Source: Geopsychrobacteraceae bacterium
GTDB taxonomy: Bacteria > Desulfobacterota > Desulfuromonadia > Desulfuromonadales > Geopsychrobacteraceae
NCBI GenBank assembly: GCA_963676795.2
Contig: CAXXTB010000002.1
Location: 2,400,001 to 2,464,000, forward strand
DNA: 64,000 nt
Direction of reading: 5' to 3'
In this document: positions 18,378 to 27,230 of the stretch, piece after piece
Layout of the letters: each line of letters starts with the position of its first letter
Position numbering within the stretch: the first letter of the stretch is position 1
The notes under the pieces: generated by a model
What the model was told of the DNA's origin: nothing
Database searches by the model: none
The model's input: only the letters and a program-made list of their open reading frames with translations
Translations under genes and position numbers: made by a program

Positions 18378-19760
18378 ATGAACGTAACCAATGTCTCGAT
18401 CCTTCCGACCGAAGCAGCGACACGGGCGCAGCGTCCGGCGTTAACCCCCGAACTTCTGGCCGCCAGCGGTGCCCGTTATTCACGGAATAACGAAGGGCTG
18501 GGAGCGATTCTGGACAAGATTGATACCAACAACCTGGACAAGTCGGTCGACAGCATCTTCAAAATGATCGACTATGGTCATCAGTCGATCGCCGATATGG
18601 CCCCGGTCGCCATGTTCATCGACGACATTTCGATTCTGCTCGCCTACCTGGTCTGGAGCTGGTGTCCGACCGCCGGCGGCCAGGAATCGTCGACCCGCTA
18701 TATTCAGCTCGACCGTTCAGGACTGGTCGAACCCGATCTGTTCGGTCTGCCACAAGAGCAGCATGCCGAGTGGTACGCCTTCATGGATGACTGCTTCGAT
18801 GCCTACGCTTCGGCACTCTCCTTCTGGGACCGGATCGGCAGCGAAAACTTCGAACTGACCGGCATACCGCAGAGCCTTCTCGATGACCCCAGTGACAAGG
18901 CCCAAAAGCAGATTGCCCGCATGAAGCGTAACTACGCCTTCGACCGGGCACGCTATTTTCTGCCGGTTGCTGCAAAAACCAACATCATGCTGGTCATGTC
19001 ATCACGCGGCTGGACCCAGCTCTGCCAGAACCTGCTTTCACACTGGCTGCCTGAAGCACATATGCTGGGTAAAAAAATCAGGGAGGAACTGGAGCTGAGT
19101 GCCCCGCGGATGGTCAAACACGCTGAACAGAAGCCTTCCTACAAGGCCGGCCTCGACAAGGAGTTTGCAATCAACGCCCAGCAAGCCAGGGACATCAAAC
19201 TGAGCGACGAAGAATCTTCCTGCGATGCAACAACAGAGCTGCTGCTACCGGCGGGAATCAGCGAAGCCGATCTGGTTGAAGCCCTGGCTGAACATGACAA
19301 CCGTTACGCCTATATCGGCTCCGCGGCCTGCCGGACAGCGGTCCGGGCCAGCTGGAAAGCGATGGCGATTGCCGAAATCCGTGACCTGAACCGGCACAGA
19401 ACCGGGCAGAAATACTGTCCGCTGATTCCGGTCGGCTTTTATTGCGCCAAGGAACAGTTGCCGAACGGAACGCACCTGAAGGAAAAACATTCCCGGATCG
19501 GGGTGCGCTCAACAGCAACCAGTCGCAGCCTGCTGGCAGAGCAAGCTCCGGGCTACGCTGCCTGGCTGCTGCTCGGATCGCAGTTCCGCTTCGAACACAC
19601 AACCACCCTCGACAAGTTCATCTACGAAGCCGAGCTGCGTACCGGGACCGGTGCCCACTACAAATACGCTGCTCACCTGCGCGATGCGGTGCTGGCGTTA
19701 AAAGATGACTACCCATTGTTATCTGCGGCGATCCCGCTTGGCACGGCTGAACCGGAATGA
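18378..19760 (+). CDS. thyX: FAD-dependent thymidylate synthase (ThyX)-like protein, two-domain form
   Basis: ARYSR, YGHQSIAD, QESSTRY, FDRARYFLP, RDLNRHR, ELRTG...HYKY. Confidence 0.75.
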   Translation: MNVTNVSILPTEAATRAQRPALTPELLAASGARYSRNNEGLGAILDKIDTNNLDKSVDSIFKMIDYGHQSIADMAPVAMFIDDISILLAYLVWSWCPTAGGQESSTRYIQLDRSGLVEPDLFGLPQEQHAEWYAFMDDCFDAYASALSFWDRIGSENFELTGIPQSLLDDPSDKAQKQIARMKRNYAFDRARYFLPVAAKTNIMLVMSSRGWTQLCQNLLSHWLPEAHMLGKKIREELELSAPRMVKHAEQKPSYKAGLDKEFAINAQQARDIKLSDEESSCDATTELLLPAGISEADLVEALAEHDNRYAYIGSAACRTAVRASWKAMAIAEIRDLNRHRTGQKYCPLIPVGFYCAKEQLPNGTHLKEKHSRIGVRSTATSRSLLAEQAPGYAAWLLLGSQFRFEHTTTLDKFIYEAELRTGTGAHYKYAAHLRDAVLALKDDYPLLSAAIPLGTAEPE

Positions 19761-21401
19761 TCAGAGCGATCTGGAGCTGGCCTCAGAAACGGCCTGCTCC
19801 AGATCGACAAAACGAAATGGCTTGGCGACAGCTGCGGCAAAGCCGTATGACCTGTATTCGGCCATCAACTCATCATTGACATAGCCGCTGGTGACAATAA
19901 TGCGCGCCTCGGGATTGAGTTTCCAGATTTCGCGCGACGCCTGCCAGCCACCGACCCCTTCAGAGACAACCAGGTCCATAACCACCAGCTCCGGCGGGTT
20001 GCCTTTATCCAGCTCCTGCTGATAGAGCTGAACCGCGACGTTGCCATCCGCGGCCTGCAGAATCTCATAACCCATCTCACGCAGCATCTCAGCCAGCATG
20101 AAGCGGACGATCTCTTCATCATCCATGACCAGCGCGCTGCGGTACTCCCGAGCCGCCTGGTCACTATCTTCAGGTTCTTCTTCGGCAGCAACCCGGGCAT
20201 CGGGATGAGCCGGAAGAGAAATAACGAAGGTCGTTCCCTCGCCTAGCCGGGAGCTCACCTCTATCGTCCCGTCATGACGGGCGATGATCGATTGGGTCGA
20301 GGCCAGGCCGAGACCCGTTCCGGTTTTCTTGGTGGTAAAGTAGGGTTCGAAGATATTGGCCAGATCCTCTTTTGCAATACCGACGCCATGATCCTTGACA
20401 CTGATCTGGACAAAGGGATTCCCTCTGGCGTCCCTGACGTTATTCAGAGAGAGAGTCACCATCCCCCCGTTAGACATGGCCTGCTGGGCGTTGAGAACCA
20501 GGTTGGTAACAACCTGAGTGAGCTGCCCCTGGTCAGCCAACACCGGCCAGAGGTTCTCATCGGCTTCAAAGACCAGGGAATATTTATCCAGCTTGAGAAT
20601 GAAGTTCGCACTTTCCCGGAGCAGTTCCGTCAAGTGTACCAGGTCCTTCTGGCTCTCTTCCCCCCCCTTGGCAAAATTCATCAACTGGCTGGTCAGGGTC
20701 GAGGCATTATCCAGAGCCTTCAGGGCGGAATCAAGCAACCGGGCGGAGACATGTCCTGCCGGAAGCTGCATGCGAGCCATCTCGATATTGCCGAACAGGC
20801 CCGTCAGCAGGTTATTGAAATCATGGGCAATGCCACCGGCAAAGACGCCGAGGGTTTCAAACCTTTTCAGCTGAGTCTGCTTTTCTTCCGCCTCTTTGAG
20901 GGCCGTCACATCCTGAACAAAACACTCCAGATAGGCGTCCTCAGCGGTTCTCCGGATCGAAGCATTGAGCATGACATCGATCTGCACATCGTCAGCCGTT
21001 CGGAAACGGGTTTCAAAGGCGATGACCGATTCTTCCCGGCGCAGCGCCTCCCATAGAGCCTTATAGCTATTTGGGTCGACAAAAAGATCGGCCAGGGTAG
21101 CTCCGGAACAGAGGGTGTCAGCGGTGGGATAGCGGCAGAGGGCTACCATGGCCGGATTGGCGACAACAATCCGGCCGTCCAGACGAGCCTGAAAGATTCC
21201 ACTCAGTGCTTCGGAGAAGATACGTTCATACCTGTTTTTCTCTTCCCTGAGTTCCTCCATCTTGACCTGAAGCTCAGGATAGTAGCTCTTACGCGCGGAA
21301 AAACTGCCGAGGCCGATAATGCTGTCGACCTGATCCTGGGTATCGGCTTCATAATCAGGGTTGGACTCAGAAAAACCTTTGGTATCTTCAGGGCTCGACA
21401 T
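19761..21401 (-). CDS. PAS-domain hybrid sensor histidine kinase (ErcS-like)
   Basis: GLGSFSARKSYYPEL N-terminus, PAS, H-box GIAHDFNNLL, G boxes, C-terminal receiver. Confidence 0.9.
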   Translation of the reverse strand: MSSPEDTKGFSESNPDYEADTQDQVDSIIGLGSFSARKSYYPELQVKMEELREEKNRYERIFSEALSGIFQARLDGRIVVANPAMVALCRYPTADTLCSGATLADLFVDPNSYKALWEALRREESVIAFETRFRTADDVQIDVMLNASIRRTAEDAYLECFVQDVTALKEAEEKQTQLKRFETLGVFAGGIAHDFNNLLTGLFGNIEMARMQLPAGHVSARLLDSALKALDNASTLTSQLMNFAKGGEESQKDLVHLTELLRESANFILKLDKYSLVFEADENLWPVLADQGQLTQVVTNLVLNAQQAMSNGGMVTLSLNNVRDARGNPFVQISVKDHGVGIAKEDLANIFEPYFTTKKTGTGLGLASTQSIIARHDGTIEVSSRLGEGTTFVISLPAHPDARVAAEEEPEDSDQAAREYRSALVMDDEEIVRFMLAEMLREMGYEILQAADGNVAVQLYQQELDKGNPPELVVMDLVVSEGVGGWQASREIWKLNPEARIIVTSGYVNDELMAEYRSYGFAAAVAKPFRFVDLEQAVSEASSRSL

Positions 21402-21420
21402 AGCAGCGTATCAACTCAGG

Positions 21421-22581
21421 TTACAAGGCTTCGCGGTAGATAACTTCAAGGTCTGCCTTGCTGGCCCGGCGTGGATTGGTCAGCATACAGGCATCGCTGA
21501 TCGCTTTTCTGGAAAGATCGGACAGATCGGCCCCCTTGACCCCCTTGAAGCCCAGGGTATTGGCGACACCCGCGCGCTTTTTCAGATCAAGAACCTGAGC
21601 CATCAGTCTGGACTTGATTTCGCGGCTGTTGAGACCACGCACATCCACCCCGAAGGCTTCGGCGATAATCTTGAACTTATCGATCGATGCGTCATAATTG
21701 AAATCGATGACATGTTCCAGCAACATGGCGTTACATTCCCCGTGAGCGAGATCAAGGAAACCGCCGAGACTGTGCGCCATGGCATGGACAGCACCGAGAC
21801 TGGCGTTGGAAAAGGCCAGTCCGGCTTTCATACTGCCGAGCATCAGTTTTTCCCGAAGCTCCAGATCGTTCGGTGTTTTCAACGCTTGCTCCAGGTTGAA
21901 ACAGACCAACTGAATCGCCTCCAGAGCCGAGGCATCGGTCAGAACCCCGCTGCCCGTCGAAACATAGGCCTCAACGGCGTGAGTCAAGGCATCGAGAGCT
22001 GTGCAGGCGGTCAGGAAGTCCGATTTAGTCGTAGTTGTCTCCGGGTCGATCAGGGCGACATCCGGAACGATCGCTTTACTGACGATGGCGACCTTCTTGA
22101 ATTCCTGACGATTGGACAGGATGCAGAACTGCGAAACATCCGCCGAAGTTCCGGCCGTTGTCGGCACGAAGATCATCGGCGGAACCGGCTGACAAATCTT
22201 GTCAACCCCTTCAAAGTTGAGAATATCAGCCCGATTGGTCGACACAATACCGATCCCCTTGGCACAGTCCATCGGGCTGCCACCGCCGATCGATACGATG
22301 ACATCGCAACCTTCCCGCTCGTAAAGAGCCGCGCCTGCCATGACTTCGGTACTGCGCGGATTCGGCGTCACATCAGCAAAAACCACGTAAGCGATACCGA
22401 CATCATCGAGGCTTTTCTTGACATCGTCCAGCCACGGCGTCGCGGCCACCCCCGCATCGGTCACCAGCATAACCTTGGTCGCCATGAATTGTTTCGCATA
22501 ACGGCCAACAAAGTTCCGTGAGCCGACGCCAAAGATAATCTCGGGAGCGACAAATTTACGCAGTGCGGACGGTCCAGCCAT
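21421..22581 (-). CDS. ercA: Iron-containing alcohol dehydrogenase-like regulatory protein (ErcA-like)
   Basis: LRKFVAPEIIFG, GGGSPMDCAKGI, DALTHAVE, HAMAHSLGG, HGECNA, adjacent to the ErcS-like kinase. Confidence 0.8.
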   Translation of the reverse strand: MAGPSALRKFVAPEIIFGVGSRNFVGRYAKQFMATKVMLVTDAGVAATPWLDDVKKSLDDVGIAYVVFADVTPNPRSTEVMAGAALYEREGCDVIVSIGGGSPMDCAKGIGIVSTNRADILNFEGVDKICQPVPPMIFVPTTAGTSADVSQFCILSNRQEFKKVAIVSKAIVPDVALIDPETTTTKSDFLTACTALDALTHAVEAYVSTGSGVLTDASALEAIQLVCFNLEQALKTPNDLELREKLMLGSMKAGLAFSNASLGAVHAMAHSLGGFLDLAHGECNAMLLEHVIDFNYDASIDKFKIIAEAFGVDVRGLNSREIKSRLMAQVLDLKKRAGVANTLGFKGVKGADLSDLSRKAISDACMLTNPRRASKADLEVIYREAL

Positions 22582-22698
22582 AAGAGTCTCCTTCACAAGT
22601 CTTCGCAGCATACCCGGAATTCAAGCAGGTATCGCGAACAGCCCCCCCTGGATCGTATAAATAACAGTATAACAATCGTTGCTCAGAATGCTTTAAAT

Positions 22699-23553
22699 CT
22701 ATTTTCCCAATGCGCTGATAACGCCACGCACAGCAGCCGGAATATCCGCCGGCAGCACAACCAGCTTGGCATTGTTCGAATCAGCCATCTTGCGCATCGA
22801 CTCGATGTATTTCTCACCGAGAATGAACATGGCGGGAAGTTCGTTCCCCTGGATCGCCTGGGTGACATTGTCGATGGCGGTCTGACTGGCCTGAGCGAGG
22901 ACAACCTTGGCCTCGGCATCGCGCCGTGAAGCTTCGAGACGTCCTTCCGCCTCAAGAATAGCCGCGGTTTTCTCACCGTCGGCACGGGTAACTGTCGCCC
23001 GGCGCTGACGTTCAGCCGCAGCCTGCTCTTCCATCGCCTTCTGCATCGTCTGCGAAGGGGTGATATCCTGAATCTCGACCGTCTTCAGCGTAATCCCCCA
23101 GTCGGCGATATCTTCAGAAATACTGATCTTCAACTTGGTCTTGATTTCATCCCGTGAAGACAGCGCATCATCCAGGCCCATTTCACCGATGATCGAACGC
23201 AGCGAGGTTTGTACCAGGTTCCTGATCGCCAGACGGTAGTCCTCGACGCCATAGACCGCTTTTTCAGGCGAGACGATATTGATGTAGGCCACGGCGTTGG
23301 CGATGATCACAACGTTATCGCGGGTGATGACCTCCTGCGAGGGGATATCGAGAACGATATCCTTGGTCGTCGCCTTGTAGGCAACGCTGTCGATATAAGG
23401 CACGATGATATTCAGTCCGGGGTTCAGTGTCTTGTGATATTTCCCCAGCCGCTGAACGACGTGCTTTGAGCCCTGCGGGACAATACGCACCCCCAGACCA
23501 ATCGTCATGATAACAAGAAACGCCAGGACCAGCACAACAATAAGACCAGCCAT
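22699..23553 (-). CDS. SPFH/band 7 (QmcA/stomatin-like) protein
   Basis: VVQRLGKY...PGLNIIVPYID, QEVITRDNV, AERQRRA coiled coil. Confidence 0.93.
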   Translation of the reverse strand: MAGLIVVLVLAFLVIMTIGLGVRIVPQGSKHVVQRLGKYHKTLNPGLNIIVPYIDSVAYKATTKDIVLDIPSQEVITRDNVVIIANAVAYINIVSPEKAVYGVEDYRLAIRNLVQTSLRSIIGEMGLDDALSSRDEIKTKLKISISEDIADWGITLKTVEIQDITPSQTMQKAMEEQAAAERQRRATVTRADGEKTAAILEAEGRLEASRRDAEAKVVLAQASQTAIDNVTQAIQGNELPAMFILGEKYIESMRKMADSNNAKLVVLPADIPAAVRGVISALGK

Positions 23554-23583
23554 AAAAACCCCCGTATTATCGGTTAATGATGT

Positions 23584-24045
23584 TCAGTTGATTCGTTTTT
23601 CGACGACCAGTGTATTCCCGGAAATATCAATAACATAAACCCGATCACCGACAGCAACCTCCTGCTGGCAGTAAAAGGGCCATTCCTCCGAACCGAGCAG
23701 CGGAGTTGCAAAACGGACATAGCCGTTCTGGTTTTCAACGGGCGCCTTGATGACCTGCCCGCTCTCGCCCAGAATCGCTTCTTTGGCCATCCCCGCCTTG
23801 GTCCGATCGGCCATGAACGGCTTGAAGAAACGAAACCAGAGGATGGTAAAAATAACCGATGAGATCACCCAGAGCAGGAGCTGAGCGGTAAAGCCCAGTG
23901 CCGGAAAGGCCAGCAGGATCAGTCCGACAAGCAGCCCCCCAAGTCCGAACCAGAAGGAAATGAAGCTCGGTAACAGCATTTCCGCAATCAGCAGAATCAT
24001 GCCGAAGACCAACCAGTGCCAATACAGGACCTGAACTTCCATCAT
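23584..24045 (-). CDS. NfeD family protein (short form)
   Basis: WLVFGMILLIAEM, OB-fold tail GSEEW...GNTLVV, upstream of the SPFH gene. Confidence 0.88.
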   Translation of the reverse strand: MMEVQVLYWHWLVFGMILLIAEMLLPSFISFWFGLGGLLVGLILLAFPALGFTAQLLLWVISSVIFTILWFRFFKPFMADRTKAGMAKEAILGESGQVIKAPVENQNGYVRFATPLLGSEEWPFYCQQEVAVGDRVYVIDISGNTLVVEKRIN

Positions 24046-24206
24046 ACCTCACAATTCGCGGTTGAAAAAAAGGGGAACATTTCTGCAGTTTAGCACCATG
24101 GTATTCAATGAGTAACAACTGCTGACGTTTATTCAAGAAGATATTATATAGGAATAATCGATAAATAAACAAAATATAAAATCTTTCTCATGACAATGGA
24201 GAAAAT

Positions 24207-24443
24207 ATGAAAAAATTACTTCTCACGGTTTTCCTGCTTACCATCGGCACATCATACGCCTGCGCGGCGCCACAGGGACCTCCGGCCAATGACGAGCTGG
24301 GCAAAGCACTTCAGGAATGTATAGCTGCGTCCGCCAAGGACTCAAACGGACACCCCGACCGCGCTGCAGTCGATCAATGTATGACTAACAAAGGGTTCCG
24401 CAAACCGGCAGGCCGTCCCGGTTCGGAACCGCCGCAACAATAA
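24207..24443 (+). CDS. Small exported hypothetical protein
   Basis: GGAG RBS, signal peptide, two Cys in the mature part. Confidence 0.7.
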   Translation: MKKLLLTVFLLTIGTSYACAAPQGPPANDELGKALQECIAASAKDSNGHPDRAAVDQCMTNKGFRKPAGRPGSEPPQQ

Positions 24444-24577
24444 GTGCCCCGGAGCCCCGCTCGGGGCTCGCCCATGGCATTCTCTCGTCTTTTCCGGGAA
24501 AGACGGCTTGTCGTGCAACTTATCTGCGCTAAAATATAAGATGTACGCCCCCTTTCGGGACGAAAAAGGAGAGTCGC

Positions 24578-24748
24578 ATGGACAGAAAGCAGACCAACCT
24601 TGAAGATTCCCGCGTTTCAGCGCTGCAACCCCCACCAAAAATGACTGAAAAGCTCTGGCAGAGCCCCCAGAAAAGCTGCAAAAACTGCCCGTACTGTAAC
24701 CAGGATGTCGATACCTACCCCTGTGCGCGGTGTCATACCCGGCATTAG
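24578..24748 (+). CDS. 56-aa Cys-rich small protein (below the ORF-track cutoff)
   Basis: AAGGAG RBS, MDRKQTNLEDSRVSALQPPPKMTEKLWQSPQKSCKNCPYCNQDVDTYPCARCHTRH*. Confidence 0.55.
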   Translation: MDRKQTNLEDSRVSALQPPPKMTEKLWQSPQKSCKNCPYCNQDVDTYPCARCHTRH

Positions 24749-24857
24749 TCGACAGCTGGTTGAACAAACATAACGGCCTGAAAAAACAGCGCGAAATGAG
24801 GGTGAATCTGTTAGAATATTGACGTCTTCTCCCGACCCAAAATAACAAGAGGCTACC

Positions 24858-26387
24858 ATGTCCAGATTTCTGCTCTCTGTGCTGTTGATTACGCTACTGA
24901 CCTCGCTCTGTCAGGCCAGTCCCTACCAGGCCATCCTCTACCCGGAAGGAGCAACCCTCTTTGAGCGCAAAGATCTGGCTTCGGGCGTTGATCAGGCGGT
25001 ACTCTACCTTCCCCAGGTTGCCCAGCCAGATTCGTTGCGTGCCAGCCTGGATGACGAGAGCCAGACCAACATCAGCTCCGTCGAATACAGCTCCGTACTC
25101 CCTGAAACACAGGATTTCATGCCGCTGCGCGACAAAATCGCCGCCCTGAAGAAACAGCTGAACGAGCTTGATGATCAGGCTCAGGCCACTCAACTGGTCC
25201 TGAGCTACTGGCAGAAGCAGACACCGAAACAGGACGCGTCAGTTCAGGAAACCCTGGAGTTAAGCAAGGCCATTCAGGCGCAAAGCCTGGCCCAGCTTCA
25301 GACGCTAAGCCGGCTCAATCAGGAGAAATCGTCCATCAGGGAACAGATCGCTGAAGCCCAGCGCCAGCTTGATGAACAGACCGGGCAGAACAGCCGGCTG
25401 TGGAAAGTCACCCTGCACCTCTCGGCCCCGTTGAAAAAAGCGACCTCCGTTCATTACGACTACCGAATCCGGCAGGCCGGATGGTCGTCAAGCTACAGCC
25501 TTAACGCACTCCCCCGTGAAAAACGGATCGAATGGATCTGGAATGGGCAGATTGTCCAGACCAGCGGGCAGAACTGGCCGGAGATCCGTATCCTGGCCGC
25601 AACCGCCGAACCTGCATTTTCCCTGACCCCGCCGGACAACAGCCCCTGGGTTCTCAGTGAGATCAGACCGCAGCCCCGCCCCGCGATGAAGACTCTGGCC
25701 AACCGGCAATATGTGGCTGCGGAAGCCATGCTTGACGATGAAGTCGCTGCAAGCGCCCCGCGGCCTCAACGTCGGGCTGGACAGATTTTCGACCTCTACG
25801 ACCTGGGCCGGCTCTCCCTCGCTTCCGGCAAAGCGGCGATTGTCAATATCCGCTCGGGACGCTGGGCCGCAGAATTTTCTTATCTGACGCGTCCGCTCCA
25901 GACCGAGCAGGCCTTTCTGATGGCCGAGGTGCTTCTCGGCGATGATGTTGTTCCGCTCCCGGAAGGAAACGCCTCCATTCAGCTGGAAGGGGTTCACGTC
26001 GGACAGAGGAGTTTTTCACTGGCAGGCAAGCAGGAACTCAAACTCAGCTTCGGTAACGATCCCGCAATCGCTATCGATGTCAAAACGGCCCATGTCGACG
26101 GCAGCGCAGGGCTGCTGTCGAAAAACGAAACCTACAGCTGGAACTGGAGCGTCACTCTGAAAAACAACAAAAGCATCCCGGTTCACTTGACGGTCGAAGA
26201 CAGCTTACCGCACAGTAGCCACGACAGGATCCTGGTCAAAGAACAATTTACCGAACCGCTGCCGGAAAAGACCGATGACGGCCTGCTCAGCTGGCAGTTT
26301 GATCTTGCATCCGGCAATGTGCAGAAACTGACCTTCGGCTACCAGGTCAGCTATCCCGAAGATATGCAGATCGACAAGGGACGCTAG
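24858..26387 (+). CDS. DUF4139/DUF4140 (MuiA-like) exported protein
   Basis: Signal peptide, LYPEGA, coiled coil, AGWSSSY, QTSGQNW, VEDSLP. Confidence 0.8.
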   Translation: MSRFLLSVLLITLLTSLCQASPYQAILYPEGATLFERKDLASGVDQAVLYLPQVAQPDSLRASLDDESQTNISSVEYSSVLPETQDFMPLRDKIAALKKQLNELDDQAQATQLVLSYWQKQTPKQDASVQETLELSKAIQAQSLAQLQTLSRLNQEKSSIREQIAEAQRQLDEQTGQNSRLWKVTLHLSAPLKKATSVHYDYRIRQAGWSSSYSLNALPREKRIEWIWNGQIVQTSGQNWPEIRILAATAEPAFSLTPPDNSPWVLSEIRPQPRPAMKTLANRQYVAAEAMLDDEVAASAPRPQRRAGQIFDLYDLGRLSLASGKAAIVNIRSGRWAAEFSYLTRPLQTEQAFLMAEVLLGDDVVPLPEGNASIQLEGVHVGQRSFSLAGKQELKLSFGNDPAIAIDVKTAHVDGSAGLLSKNETYSWNWSVTLKNNKSIPVHLTVEDSLPHSSHDRILVKEQFTEPLPEKTDDGLLSWQFDLASGNVQKLTFGYQVSYPEDMQIDKGR

Positions 26388-26416
26388 GCGTTTAGCGCCG
26401 GAAGACAGGAGATGCT

Positions 26417-26770
26417 ATGACCGACGCAGTCAACGCTGCCGCCGATTTGAGCCCGGGATTGCACAAGGTCCGCTCAAGACGCAGGATCCTCTGGCTGGTG
26501 CTGCTGATCTATCTGCCGGCCATGATCATTGCCTTTGCCCAGGACAATGCAAAGTTCTGGATGGCTATGACCTTCTGTGTCTGGCTGGTATTGCTGATCG
26601 TTGCTGTGGTCATCAACTGCCTGGTGCGCTGCCCGCGCTGCGGTCAGCAGTTCCATACCCACGGACCAAGCTTTATCCCCCTGCGGCGCTGCCTGCACTG
26701 TGGACTCCATGTCAGCGCCGACAAACGTCCGGATGAAAAACTCCCCCCCGTTCCCGAGGGCAAGTGCTAG
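26417..26770 (+). CDS. Small 2-TM membrane protein with Zn ribbon
   Basis: Two TM helices then RCPRCG...RCLHCG, AGGAG RBS. Confidence 0.75.
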   Translation: MTDAVNAAADLSPGLHKVRSRRRILWLVLLIYLPAMIIAFAQDNAKFWMAMTFCVWLVLLIVAVVINCLVRCPRCGQQFHTHGPSFIPLRRCLHCGLHVSADKRPDEKLPPVPEGKC

Positions 26771-26819
26771 CTGATGACACCGCACAAATGCCCTATTGCG
26801 CTCAAAAGGCTATCCATTC

Positions 26820-27179
26820 ATGGCAACAGATCTGAAACCAACCGTCTCGTTCTACGACTCTTTCGCCAAGCTCGATATCAGGGTCGGCAGAATCATTGCG
26901 GCAGAGCTTGAAACAACAACCCCAAAACCGACCTACAAAATGACCGTCGATTTCGGCAAGTACGGCACCTGGATCAGCTACGGGCGCTTCACCCGGCACT
27001 CGCTCGCCGAAGTAATCGGCCGGCAGGTCCTCGGCGTTCTGAACTTTGAACCGCGCCAGATGGGCCCTGTCGTTTCAGAGGTCTTGATTCTCGGCGTCCA
27101 GTATCCTAAAGCGGAAAGCGGTGAGGCGACCTTTGTTACACCGGCGGAAGATGCCAAACTGGGCAGCAAACTGTTCTAG
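26820..27179 (+). CDS. tRNA-binding / CsaA-like OB-fold protein
   Basis: FAKLDIRVGRI, VDFG, NFEPRQMGPVVSEVLILG, GSKLF. Confidence 0.88.
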   Translation: MATDLKPTVSFYDSFAKLDIRVGRIIAAELETTTPKPTYKMTVDFGKYGTWISYGRFTRHSLAEVIGRQVLGVLNFEPRQMGPVVSEVLILGVQYPKAESGEATFVTPAEDAKLGSKLF

Positions 27180-27230
27180 ACCAAGGTTCCAGGAGCTCCC
27201 CATCGGAACCATCTGCCTCTTCTGTCTGCA

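Noticed and set aside
21361..22521. 386-aa plus-strand ORF
   Set aside because: Antisense shadow of the ErcA-like gene
22699..24045. NfeD-SPFH pair as a novel system
   Set aside because: Widespread, well-known gene pair
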